Shown: piece by piece, positions 41,708 to 55,075 of the stretch
How the letters are laid out: each line of letters opens with the position of its first letter
Position numbering within the stretch: position 1 is the first letter of the stretch
NCBI GenBank assembly: GCA_951406725.2
Contig: OX597842.1
Coordinates: forward strand, 19,592,001-19,656,000
Length of the DNA stretch: 64,000 nucleotides
Source of the DNA: Octopus vulgaris
Taxonomy: Eukaryota
Direction: 5' to 3'
The notes under the pieces: generated by a model
Told to the model about the DNA's origin: nothing
The model's database searches: none
The model's input: the letters and a program-made list of their open reading frames with translations, nothing else
Position numbers and translations under genes: made by a program

Positions 41708-41847
41708 ATGGCTGAATTGCAGCCATGCATATATTGTCCCGGATATACATATGACTGCATCAAGCTGACACCATAGAGCACGGGTTCGATGTGTGTCGTG
41801 GGAAATGCGGTCATGTCTACCTCTTGCGATATTTCTAGTGAACATTT
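41708..41847 (+). ncRNA. Box H/ACA snoRNA candidate copy 2 (SNORA2/ACA34-like 28S guide pocket)
   Basis: ATGG/CCAT basal stem, GCTGAA / TCAAG pocket, TGCAG/CTGCA upper stem, H box AGAGCA 41775-41780, second hairpin, ACA 41842-41844 + 3 nt; 140 nt. Confidence 0.68.
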
Positions 41848-43019
41848 GATTTTAGTGAGTTCAAATTTTAGATGTTGTCAGCTCCCAGATCATCTCTAAT
41901 ACAAAAATCATTTACTTAAAAACGTTCTAGCCATGATCATCCTGTCTTTAGGATATGAATAATGTTGAAATTAAATTATCTACAATAACCTTTCTGTCTT
42001 ATAACAGTAAGGCCTGAGCTGAGTGAGGTTTAGCTGCTTTTTCTATCGGGTCATCACAACAGCCAATTGAGAGCTTTGCAGTAATTGTTGTGTTCTGAGA
42101 TCAAATCCAGCTGAAGTAAAATTCTTTCAGAGTCAGTAGATAAACTACTAGATATAACTACCTCACCTGTGGACAGCATTGATCCCATTAAGGGCCCAAC
42201 TCAAGACATTTCAATAAATCACAGAGTTGGTCTGAGCAGAAATGTGTAGGTCGGTTGTAGTTGTGGTTGTGGTTGTGTTGATGATGCAGGTGGTGGTTGT
42301 GGTGGTTGTGGTGGTGGTGGTGTAGGTTGCAGAAGTGATTGTAGTTGGGGTCATGGTGATAGTGGTGGTTCTTTTTGCAAGGAAAAGTCAGTTTTGGAGT
42401 AGTTGTAGCTTATTAGCCTTTTCAGCCCAAATCTTTGAAAACCTAGAAGCAAAGACACTCCACCCATGTCATACTCTTTGGATTAACTTTTCACACCATC
42501 CCACCACTGGTTGAAAATATTAAGTAGCAGTAATATACTGTTCTTGTTTATCTCATCTAATTCTCTTTCTCAGGTTTTGAGGCCTTGTGTAGGCTATGGG
42601 CACTGCCTTACTTTCTTTCACTAATTAATTAGCATGCTTTATGCACCAATACTTTATATGCATATATATGTGCATCAGTCTATGATTGTTACATGCACAT
42701 GCTGCATGCACATGTATATGTTTATGTATATATCATCATCATCGTTTAACGTCCGCTTTTCATGCTAGCATGGGTTGGATGGTTTGACCGGGGTCTGGGA
42801 AGCCAGAAGGCTGCACCAGGCCCAGTCTAATCTGGCAGTGTTTCTACAGATGAATGCCCTTCCTAACACCAACCGCTCCGTGAGTGTAGTGGGTGCTTTT
42901 TGCGTGCCACCGACACAGGGGATGCAGGAGGCTGGAAACGTCCACGATCGTCTGGTACTTTTTACGTGCCACTGGCACATGTATTACAACTACAAGTTCC
43001 AAATATCCGTCAAATGTAA

Positions 43020-43578
43020 ATAATGTTCTTTGCTAATGTTGATGTATTCCATCGTAAATGCCTCGCTGGTTATAGGTAAGGCAGTCAAGAAATCCACTGG
43101 TTCATTCACTTGTCTGTGTTCCAACGGAGTGGTAAAGATACTTTTGAACTGGTCATTCAGCATCTCACTGATCTTAGTTAGACTGTCTGTGAGGGAGCCA
43201 TCCTTTTGGAGGAGGGGTCCTATCTTGTAGTGCACTGAGACTGTTTCTTTCGCGTAATGAAAGAATGCCTTTGGGTTTGACTTAATGTTTTTTAGAACCC
43301 AGGTTTCTTTGTCTGCTTTCTCCCTCACATAGGATTGTTGCAGCCTTTTTTCGATCTCCATCAGTGTTGTTTTTAAGTGGGACGTTTCGATACTTTTGGG
43401 ATGTTGATTGAGACGATTTGTAACCTTCGTCTATCGTCTCATGAGGATCTTCCTGTCTCTTGGAATTTTGCTCCTATTTGTTTTGGCCTTGTGCTCATGG
43501 ACATATTTCTGGCATACGGCTTGCACAGAAGTCATGAAACATTCTAGTTTCATGTCATTGTCTGGTGTGGGGAGACAT
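43020..43578 (-). mobile_element. CR1-like LINE ORF2 internal fragment
   Basis: EKADKETWVLKNIKSNPKAFFHYAK...IGPL...SEMLNDQFKSIFT homologous to ORF 57808-59667. Confidence 0.88.
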
Positions 43579-43793
43579 TCACACACACACATAAACAACT
43601 ACATACTTAAATACATATAGAACTGCATACATACACACACATACACGAAATTATCTGCATATATGTACATATACATAGCTATTTGCGTACCACCTATTTG
43701 TTGCACAATGTAAGATTCGTTCGAATGCTGACTCACTATTTCTTTTCTTTCACAATTCTAAAGAAACTAAAAAATATCTCAATCTTTTCTCAT

Positions 43794-43889
<96 letters not shown>

Positions 43890-44233
43890 AATGGATAACT
43901 GAATTATTCTTTGTTTACCGTTAACATGGAAAATTCAATAAACAGTTACCAGGTAGCAAAATTCACGCAAGTAACAAGGATGTAGCGACCTATTCAAAGG
44001 TAGAAACTCCGGGTTAATGTGCAGTAATTTGTGTAGTATAAGTAAATAAATGGAGTTGAATGCAGATGTTATTCGAATTCTTTTATATTGGAAATATGTT
44101 TCAAAGACAACATTGGTTTTATTCCAAAGGAATAAACGGTGTAAAATATTGCAATCTTCTCATCAAGAAAGAAAGAGAACCTATCTCAACAACAAGACAT
44201 TATATTTAATAAAATATATGTATGTATATATAA

Positions 44234-44318
<85 letters not shown>

Positions 44319-44343
44319 TGTATGCATGTATGTATGTATGTAT

Positions 44344-44385
<42 letters not shown>

Positions 44386-44501
44386 TATTTAATACGCGCA
44401 TACATGCAACAAAACACACACATAATCAGATACACATCTCCACGTAAAACCAAAATACATATACGCTCACACATATCCACCAATTTATCAATCTGTCTAT
44501 A

Positions 44502-44537
<36 letters not shown>

Positions 44538-44565
44538 TGTATGTATGCATGTATGTATGTGTATA

Positions 44566-44798
44566 AAAGAAGGTTTGAAAATGCAATTTTAAAAGCTGTT
44601 AAAGGTGTTTAAAAGGTGATAATTTCTTGCAGCTTTGATTATTATCGTTATTTTCTTTAATTGAAAAAAAGCAAAGCAAAACAAATACATGATTTGTGCA
44701 CACATTTGGTGGCTAATGTGTTGTAATATGGATTACGGAATGTTTGAATTTGCAGCTGAAAGTAAACACCTTAAAAATTGCATTTTCAAACCTTCTTT
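44566..44798. mobile_element. MITE-like element with terminal inverted repeats (second copy 51670-51906)
   Basis: aaagaaggtttgaaaatgcaatttt ... aaaattgcattttcaaaccttcttt, non-coding ~230 bp. Confidence 0.7.
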
Positions 44799-44874
44799 CA
44801 TATATATTTCCACTCGTGCGGTATCTTAGAACCTCACTTTGTTATTTATATAAATATATATATACATACATACA

Positions 44875-44910
<36 letters not shown>

Positions 44911-44915
44911 ACATA

Positions 44916-44995
<80 letters not shown>

Positions 44996-45000
44996 CATAG

Positions 45001-45039
<39 letters not shown>

Positions 45040-45191
45040 CATAGATATATATATACATGCATACATATATACTTATATATATACATATATATATATACAC
45101 ACATACATACTTATTATATATATATATACATATATGTACATACATAGATATATACACACACACATATATATATACATATATATATACATAT

Positions 45192-45229
<38 letters not shown>

Positions 45230-45262
45230 TACATATATATATACATACACGCACACACACAC

Positions 45263-45324
<62 letters not shown>

Positions 45325-45733
45325 TATGTATGTATGTATGTATATAATTTATATCTATTTAAAAGAGAAAAATTAAACAAGATCGGTCCTCGTAAAATCC
45401 AAAAGAACACAATTTCACTTTGATGAAATTATACTCATGTCACATAAATGTAAATTTAATGTACAAATTTGTAGTAATTTCTTGAAATAGCTGTAAGCAG
45501 CAAAGATGGCCAATTTGATAACAAAAAGTATTAAATTCCTTATCTCTAATTTCTTTATTTCTTTTAAATGAATATAAACCATGTGCTTAGTATGATCTAT
45601 ATATAATATATATGCTGAATATAGATCTAATGATTTAAGGGAATTTCATTCCCCCAAAATTCTGGGTATTAAATCAGTATTACCTTGAATCAGTATTACC
45701 CTTCAAAAGGCTAACATATCCCCTAATAATATG

Positions 45734-45798
<65 letters not shown>

Positions 45799-46437
45799 GT
45801 GTGTTAAATACATTATATGTATATACATACATATATATATTATATGAATGTATGCATGTATGTATAAGGGCGTATATGTATTTCGGTTTTACATATTTTT
45901 CTAAATTCACACAAAAGGGTGACCTAAGATTAGAATAAAGACAAGTTTCTTAAGAGTTATAAGTTCAGTGATGCAGAGATGTAATAAGAAAAGATTGAGA
46001 TATTATTTAGTTTCTTTAGAATTGTGAAAGAAAAGAAATAGTGAGTCAGCATTTGAATGAATCTTTCATTGTGCAACAAATAGGTGGTACGCAAATGGCT
46101 ATGTATATGTACATATATGCAGATAATTACGTGTATGTGTGTGTATGTATACAGTTCTATTTGTATTTAAGTATGTAGTTGTTTATGTGTGTGTGTGAAT
46201 GTGTGTGAGTGTGTGTATACCTACGTTTGGATTTAGTTGTGTATGTATGATTTCCACACCCTTATCCTTTATTTCTCCTCTTTTGCCTGACCCCTCCTTG
46301 GAACTGTTGTCCACTCTGGTCGCGTCACACAAAACAAAGTATATACTTCATAATTTTAAACATAAATAGACACCTTATTTAAAGGAAGCAGTGGGAAGTT
46401 ATGGTGTTTTCAGTAGTGTGGTGTATATATATATATA

Positions 46438-46790
46438 TATATATATAAAGCTGAAGTTGTGCTGTGTATGGCAGGTTTGGTAGCCTTCAATTAACACTAT
46501 CTCCTCCGAGACCCTGCAGTGCAAGTTGACCGAAATTGAGAGTATGATAGAAGAAGGCTTGCTCCAAAAATTATTTACATCAAAAAGGTGCTTTTTTTCT
46601 ATGAAAATCCCTAGTTTTTTTGCGATCTTTTTACTGCTGTGTCGCCATTTTTAGGCGTATTTCAACCAGAAAAATGTTCACTTAAAGAGAATAACAAGCT
46701 ACATAATGCAAAAGTTTTAGTTTTCAAAAATTCTAATTCTAAAGGGTTGAAAAGAAAACGTACTCGAGTAATGCCGGGCGATACTGCTAG
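46438..46790 (+). mobile_element. Non-autonomous Helitron
   Basis: tatatataaagctgaagttgt 5' end; 3' ctcgagtaatgccgggcgatactgCTAG. Confidence 0.8.
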
Positions 46791-47348
46791 TCTTTCAATA
46801 TTTTTCAAAGTGAAAATAAATCCATCATATTTCCTTATTTTCAGGTGAAATTGTGCTGTACTCAGGGGATTACTTATTTGTGAATTCACGATACTCCTTC
46901 AAGTTTGTGACTCACCTTAGTTACATTATCATTATTTTCAGTGGTTTTATCATTTGTTAAATTCAACCACTTATCTATGAGCAACATATTTTGTCTTTGG
47001 TTCTATTAAAATAGGAAAATTACTTTGAGAGTCTTTGAGCAGAACAAGAAGATCTCACTCAGTAAAGGAACTGATTTGGGGTCGTCTCAGTTGAAACTTA
47101 TCCTTTTTAGTTTTAAAGAATCAGTAAAAGATATATATATATATTAAGTTTTGTAAATAAGTTTAAATCTAAAACTAAATATGTTCCCGTTAGTTTACAT
47201 AAACATAACTTATTGTTTCATACAACTTTCAGGAAGTAATTTCATGTTTATTATATTTTTGGTGTATTTTTACATTACATATTATATAATTTCACTCCCA
47301 CGTGTTGGAGCTAAAAATCAGTAAGATATGTTAGCAATTTATTTAAAA

Positions 47349-48149
47349 CTAGCAGTGTCGCCCGGCGTTGCTCGGGTTTGTTTCGACCCTTTAGAATTAG
47401 AATTTTTGAAAAGTAAATATTTTGCATTATGTAGCTTGTTATTCTCTTTAAGTGAACATTTTTCTGGTTAAAATACACTGAAAAATGGCGACAAAGCAGT
47501 AAAAAGATCGCAAAAAAAATAGGGATTTTCATAGTAAAAAAGCACCTTTTTGATGTAAATAATTTTTGGTGTTAACATGGTCCGATTTGAATTTTATCTG
47601 CTACGGAATGAAGAGCAAGCCTTCTTCAATCATATTCTCAATTTTGGTCAATTTGCGCCGCAGGGTCTGGGAGGAGATAGTGTTAGTTGAAGGCTACCAA
47701 ACCTGCAACACACAGACAACTTCAGCTTTATATATATAGACTAGCACTATGTCCCGGCAACGCCAGGTCATAGTTCTAGTGCATATACAGCTGCGTGCGA
47801 GAATACATACACGCGAGTACTGTCCAAATCTCCGACCAATCACATACAGCTAGCTGGCATTCAATTGGTGTATCAAGTTTCAAGCATTTTGATTGTATTT
47901 TGGATAGAAAATTCACAAAAAACATTTTTTGACTGCTTTGTCGCCATTTTTCAGTGTATTTCAAACAGAAAAAAGTAATTTCTGTTGATATTTTAATGGC
48001 TTTGCAGGGTGACTGAGGAAATGTAAAGATGTGTAGGACTACCCTCAGACGGTTTTGAATGACCATAGAAAGTGTGAGTCCTCTAACTGAAAAATTGTGC
48101 ATTTGTATAAAGGACACACACACAGACATTTTGCTGTTTATATATAGAG
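47349..48149 (-). mobile_element. Two head-to-tail non-autonomous Helitrons (47349-47740, 47741-48149)
   Basis: Each has a TC-(TA)n 5' end and hairpin+CTAG 3' end on the minus strand; first is the inverse of 46438-46790. Confidence 0.8.
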
Positions 48150-48271
48150 ATTATTTCTACAAACTTTGATACCAAATAATTTGTTTGGATACTAATAAAT
48201 TTTCATAGTAACTGTTGATCATTTTCTGAAATAAATTTGATGTCATTGAAATATTTTTTATTTAATTTCAG

Positions 48272-48329
48272 TTCAACCAGTTTTGTTTTCTCCTATCATG
48301 AGCGAATCTAATAACACGTTATTTGGAAG
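48272..48329 (+). CDS. Possible orphan exon (xQPVLFSPIMSESNNTLFG), phase 1-2
   Basis: tttaatttcag| and AAG|gtgaga sites; only one open frame. Confidence 0.3.
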
Positions 48330-48490
48330 GTGAGAGTCATTGTGTCTTTTCCACAACCACATTTGTATTAAAATCACAAATATACCATTATCTTAATAGG
48401 AAAGGATTTATCTACACATCAATAATTAAATTGTAAAATCATAAAGTTTTATTTTCTGCTGATAAAAAAATTGCAGTAATTAGTAACTAA

Positions 48491-48590
48491 NNNNNNNNNN
48501 NNNNNNNNNNNNNNNNNNNNNNNNNNNNNNNNNNNNNNNNNNNNNNNNNNNNNNNNNNNNNNNNNNNNNNNNNNNNNNNNNNNNNNNNNN
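48491..48590. other. Scaffold gap (100 N)
   Basis: Run of N. Confidence 1.
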
Positions 48591-49520
48591 GTCTCGCAGA
48601 AAATACAGAACCCCAGCAATATTGCATGCCTGCAGCAGGAGTTGGATGCAATTTACAGATGGGCTGAGGACAATAATATGCAGTTTAATGCTGGAAAATT
48701 TCAAGCCTTGTGCTACCAGTACCCAAAATTGAATGGAACACATACAGGGTATACTGGCCCAGGGGGAGGATTACAATCTCGTGTGTGATCTGGGTATCAA
48801 CATGAGTGACGATACCTCTTTCCAAGTGCACTTTAACAAGATGACAACGAAGTGCAGACAGCAGGCTGGATGGATTCTGAGAACCTTCAGAACAAGAGAG
48901 AAAGAAACCATGATGGTCCGCTGGAGGACATTCATCCTCAGCTGCCTGGACTACTGCTCCTAACTATGGTCACCCAACAGTGTAAAATTAACAGTGGACC
49001 TTGAAGCAATCCAGCGAAGCTACTAAAAGAAGATCATCTCATTGCAACAGCTCAACTACTGGGGAAGGCTGAAACAGATAAGGCTCTATTCCCTAGAATG
49101 AAGATGGGGGAGATATGCAGTAATATACATCTGGAAGATCCTGGAAGGGATTGTACCAAATTTGAAAGCTACACAAATGCCAGAACGGGTCACCACTACA
49201 CAGTGCCAAAGATCCCAAAACTGACGTCACATTTCAGGACCAGTTATTACTGCAACAGCCTGGGTTTCAAGTGCCTACAGCTTTTTGATATTCTCCCAAA
49301 GAGCGTGAGGGACCTACACAAAGTGGATGTAGGTGTTTTCAAAAGAAAACTGAACTTCTTCCAGTTGAGAATCCCAGATGAACCTACCTTGCAGCAGGAG
49401 GCGCAAATGAGGGCAATGATATCAAACTCCCTTATTGACCAAATACCACATAACAGAGGAGGTTCTCAGTAATAGCAGTGTGCTCCAGCATGGCCGCAGC
49501 TTTCAGTAGTAAAGGATAAA
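48591..49520 (+). mobile_element. Decayed CR1-like LINE 3' part
   Basis: AGWILRTFRTREKETMM...DEPTLQQEAQMRA with stops and frameshifts; tail gtgctccagcatggccgcag. Confidence 0.9.
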
Positions 49521-49575
49521 ATATTATATAAATATATATATGACAAGATTTAAGACAAGAAAATTTTTTCCTTAC

Positions 49576-49668
49576 CTTGAATCAGAAGTTTTCAGTTGGA
49601 TAAGTTTGAGTTTTAAGGTTTTTCACCTGAGTAAGTTTGTTTCGAGGTTTTCAGTTGGATTTCTCTCG
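49576..49668 (-). CDS. Possible orphan stop-containing exon (ERNPTENLETNLLR* in phase 2)
   Basis: tttgttcattccag| and AAG|gtaagg consensus sites on the minus strand. Confidence 0.25.
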
Positions 49669-50154
49669 CTGGAATGAACAAACTGGTTTTAGTTTCTTAG
49701 TTAAATAATAATCTGGAGGTAAGTCGTCTCAGCCGATAAGGCTATTCATATGTTTTTCGTGGAATTTTATTTATCTATACATTCTATCTTCTTATATTAC
49801 ATTCACTCAATATCAAGCCACTCCTTAAGAGACTTGAATCTCTGTAACCTTAAATGTTGTTTACAATTTATCCTTTCAAAGTGTAATTCAATTCATTTAG
49901 TATGACGTAAGCTTTTCATAATTTTTTGAAATGTACGTATCATCATGTACGTATCTGTGCATGTACGTATCATCATCATCATCGTTTAACATCCACTTTC
50001 CATGCTAGCATGGGTGGGACTTGTCTTTATTCTAAACTTAAGTCACCCTTTTGTGTGAATTTAGAAAAATATGTAAAACCGAAATACATATACGCCCACA
50101 TGCATACATTCATATAATATATATATGTATGTACATACATATAATGTATTTAAC

Positions 50155-50203
<49 letters not shown>

Positions 50204-50344
50204 CATGTATATATATATATACATATATATATATATACATATATATATATACATGTATATATATATATATACATGTATATATATATATACATATATATAT
50301 ACATATATATATATACATATATATATATATACATATATATATAC

Positions 50345-50391
<47 letters not shown>

Positions 50392-50552
50392 CATGTATAT
50401 ATATATATACATATATATATATATACATATATATATATACATATATATATATATACATGTATATATATATATACATATATATATACATATATATATATAT
50501 ACATGTATATATATATATACATATATACATATATATACATATATACATATAT

Positions 50553-50610
<58 letters not shown>

Positions 50611-51194
50611 GTATGTATACATATAATTAGGGGATATGATAGCCTTTTCAAGGGATAGTTGTATTCAAGGAAATACTGATTCAACACCTAGAATTTTGGG
50701 GGAATGAAATTCCCTTAAAACATTGGATCTATATTAAGCATATATATTATATATAGAGCTTATTAAGCACATGGTTTATATTCATTTAAAAGAAATAAAG
50801 AAATTAGAGATAAGGAATTTAATACTTTTTGTTATCAAAATGGCCATCTTTGCTGCTTACAGCTATTTCAAGAAATTACTACAAATTTATACATTAAATT
50901 TACATTTATGTGACATGAGTATAATTTCATCAGAGTGAAAACATGTTCTTTTGGATGTTATGAGGACAGAACTTCCTTACTTTTCTTCTTTTAAATGGAT
51001 ATAAATTATATACATACATACATACCTATCTCTATATATATGTATATATACATAAGTGTGTGTGTGTGCATGTGTGTGTGTGTGTGCGTGTGCGTGTGCG
51101 TGTATATATCTATGTATGTATATATGTGTATATATATATATGTGTGTATATATATATGCATGTATAGTCATACATAAGTATATATATATATATA

Positions 51195-51295
<101 letters not shown>

Positions 51296-51507
51296 GTAGT
51301 AAACACAGAAATGTGAAACAAGTTGGAAAAAAGAGTACTCAAATACCAGTGGTAGAGTAATATGCTTTATTTAAAGCACCAGAAAATTCAACAAAACCTG
51401 TTACTCTGAGTTTCCCGTTTTCGTTCGTCGGACAGTTTTTGCTAGCAATGGAAACGTGAAACTCAGAGTAACAGGTTTTGTTGAATTTTCTGCTGCTTTA
51501 AATAAAG

Positions 51508-51538
<31 letters not shown>

Positions 51539-51559
51539 ATATATATGTATATATATATG

Positions 51560-51603
<44 letters not shown>

Positions 51604-52604
51604 AATATATATATTTATATAAATAACAAAGTGGGGTTCTAAGATACCGCACGAGTGGAAATATATATGAAAGAAGGTTTGAAAACGCAATTTTTAAAGG
51701 TGTTTACTTTCAGCTGCAAATTCAAACATTCTGTAATCCATATTACAACACATTAGCCACCAAATGTGTACACAAATCATGTTGTATTTGTTTTGTTTTG
51801 CTTTTTTGCAGTTCAAAAAAACAACGATAATAATCAAAGCTGCAAGAAATTATCACCTTTTAAACACCTTTAACACCGTTTAAAATTGCATTTTCAAACC
51901 TTCTTTTATATACATACATATATATATATATATATGTATACTTCTATGTATATATATATATATATATATATAGACAGATTGATAAATTGGTGGATATGTG
52001 TGAGCTTATACGTATTTCAGTTTTACGTGGAGTTGTGTATCTGGTCATGTGTGTATTTTGTTGTGTGTATGCACGTTTTGAATATATGTATTTATATATA
52101 TAATATATAATATATATATATATATATATACATACATATATAAATTAAATTAGAGATAAAACCACTATTATGCACATCAAACAGTGATAGACATAAACCA
52201 AAACATAAAAAACAAAAAATAAATATAATTAATATAATATACAAAATATATATGAAATATAAAATTTTAAATTTTGAATTTTTAAATTCATATTTATAGA
52301 TTTTTATATTTTTATATTTTAAATTTTAAATTTATAAATTTTTAAAACTTTTAATTTTTTCTTCATAAACTATCAAAAAGTATTAAGATGTTTAATATAA
52401 TATAATAAGTAAATATTAATATATTTTTACTTATTATATTACTTATTATATTATATTAAACTTTTTAATACTATTTGATAGTTTAAAAAAAAATTTAAAG
52501 CTTTAAAAATTTATAAATTTAAAATTTAAAATATAAAAATACAAAAATTTATAAGTATAAATTTAAAAATTAAAAATTTAATAATTTAAATTTTATATTT
52601 TATA

Positions 52605-52848
52605 TAGAGCTGACCATGTACAGGCCAAAGGAAAGCATGGACATGCAGCCTACAAGAAACTCTCAGAATCTTTCCAGCTTGAACTTCCATAAGGCAAACT
52701 GGAAACAAATTGAGAAAGAGATCCTCAAACAAAACTGACCTGAATGTCTCTCCTCGCCAGACATCGACATGAAACTTCAACAATTCATGTCTGTAATGCA
52801 AGCCATATGCTACAAATGTGTCCCAGAAAGAAAGGCCACTGTACACAA
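52605..52848 (+). mobile_element. CR1-like LINE ORF2 fragment
   Basis: MKLQQFMSVMQAICYKCVPERKATVHK matches ORF 57808-59667. Confidence 0.9.
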
Positions 52849-53279
52849 GCACGGGTTGGATGGTTTGACCGGGGTCTGGGAAGCCAGGGGCTGCACCAGG
52901 CTCCAGGCTGATCTGGCAGTGTTTCTACAGCTGGATGCCCTTCCTAACGCCAACCACTCCGCGAGTGTAGTGGGTGCTTTTTACGTGCCGCCTGCACAGA
53001 TGCCAGGGGAGTCTCGCATCGACCACAATCAGTTGGTGCCTTTAATGTGCCACTGGCACGGGAGCCAGCCAAGGCAGCGCTGGCATCGGGCACGTTCGGA
53101 TGGTGCTTTTTATGTGCCACTTGCACAGAAGCCAGTCGAGGCGGTGCTGGCATCGGCCACGTTCGGATGGTGCTTTTTATGTGCCACTTGCACAGAAGCC
53201 AGTCAAGGCGGCGCTGGCATCGGCCACGTTCGGATGGTGCTTTTTATGTGCCACCGGCACAGAAGCCAGTCGAGGCGGC

Positions 53280-54620
53280 GTGCTTGACTACCTCATCCCA
53301 TGTCTTCCTGGGTCTACCTCTCCCCCTGATACCTTCAACTGTTTGGGAGTGGCACATCTTTACACATTTCTCCTCGTCCATCCGCAGTACATGACCATAC
53401 CATCGCAAACGTCGCTCTTGCACACCACATCTGATGCTTGTTATGTTCAGCATTTCTCTCAGGGTGCTTACCCTCTGTCGTGCGCGCACACTGACATTAC
53501 ACATCCAGCGGATCATGCTAGCTTCATTCCTTTCAAGTCTACGCATGTCCTCTGCAGTCACAGCCCATGTTTCACTACCGTGAAGCATGGCAGTTCGCAC
53601 ACGTGCATCATACAATCTACCTTTCACTCTGAGCGAGAGACCCTTTGTCGCCAGTAGGGGTAGGAGCTTTCTAAACTTTGCCCAGGCTATTCGTATTCTA
53701 GTGGTGACAGTCTCTGAGCATCCACCTCCACTACTAACTTGGTCACCCAGGTAGCAGAAACTATCAACTACTTCTAGTTTCTCCCCCTAGAGTGTGATGG
53801 AATCTGTTTTCTGAGTATCTGTGGTATCTATGGTCCCTGTGCATCTGCCGCACATGAAAGCTATCTTATCAGTTAATTTCCCTATGATGTTGCTGCACCT
53901 CTTATGCGTCCATAGCTTACGCTGGGTACATCTTATGGAGTTTCTACCTACACCTTTCCTACAGATTGAGCAGGTCCATCTGCCCGAGGGTGTGTGCTGA
54001 GTTCGCCTTTCTGCTTACTATAATTTGGTCTTTGCTACATTTACTCTAAGGCCCTTTGATCCTAACCCTTGCTTCCACACCCAAAATTTCTTTTCTGGTT
54101 CCGGTAGTGATTCTGCTATGAGAGCCAGGTCATCAGCATAGAGCTCCCAGGGGCAACTTGTTTTGAATTCCTCTGTTATTGCCTGGAGGACTATGATGAA
54201 TAAAAGGGGACTGAGGGCTGAGCCTTGGTGTACACCTACTTCTACCCGGAATTCTTCACTATATTCGTTGCGCCAATCCTAACCTTGCTGACAGCCTCTC
54301 TGTATAGGGCCTGTACAGCCCTTATTAGCCATTCGTCAATCTCCAGTTTCCGCATCGACCACCAGATAAGGGATCGGGGACCATGTCAAAGGCTTTCTCC
54401 AAGTCCACAGAAGCTATGTAGAGGGGTTTATCTTTAGCTAGGTACTTCTCCTGCAGTTGTCGGACCAGGAATATAGCATCCGTGGTGCTTCTACCTGGCA
54501 CAAAACCGAACTGAATCTCATCTAAGCAAATCCTCTCCCTAATGAGATGGGCTATGACCCTCTCTGAGACCTTCATCACCTGATCCAACAGTTTAATAAC
54601 CCTGTAGTTATTTGTATCTA
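53280..54620 (-). mobile_element. RTE-like LINE RT region, frameshifted
   Basis: QFGFVPGRSTTDAIFLVRQLQEKY...VDLEKAFD; RRLRWYGHVLRM...GRGRPRKTW. Confidence 0.93.
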
Positions 54621-54935
54621 GTAGTTTATCTATTGACCCTGAAAGAATTTGACTTCAGCTGGATTTGATCTCAGAACATAGAGAATCGCAACAATTACTG
54701 CAAAGCTCTCAATTGGCTATCGTGAAGACCCGATAGAAAAAGCAGCTAAACCTTACTCAGCTAACGCCTAACTGTTATAAGAAAGAAAGGTTATTGTAGA
54801 TGATGTAATTTCAACATTACTCATAGCCAAAAGACAGGATGGTCATGGATAAAACGTCTTTAAGCAAATGATTTCTGGATTAGAGATGATCTGGGAGCTA
54901 GACAACATCATCGAAAATTAGAACTCACTAGAATT

Positions 54936-55075
54936 AAATGTTCACTAGAGATAGCACAAGAGGTAGACGTGGCCGCATTTCCCGCGACACACATCGAACC
55001 CATGCTCTATGGTGTCAGCTTGATGCAGTCATATGTATATCAGGGACAATATATGTGTGGCTGCAATTCAGCCAT
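54936..55075 (-). ncRNA. Box H/ACA snoRNA candidate copy 3
   Basis: Reverse-complement copy, 140 nt, H box at 55003-55008, ACA at 54939-54941, pocket intact. Confidence 0.68.

Noticed and set aside
42143-42166. let-7-like TGAGGTAG on the minus strand (also ~62441)
   Set aside because: Only the seed matches, there is no precursor hairpin, and it lies next to a decayed SINE-like sequence.
42240-42380. Thr-rich mucin-like frame on the minus strand
   Set aside because: (CAC/CAA)n low complexity; the paralog at 62.3k is frameshifted and splice sites are poor.
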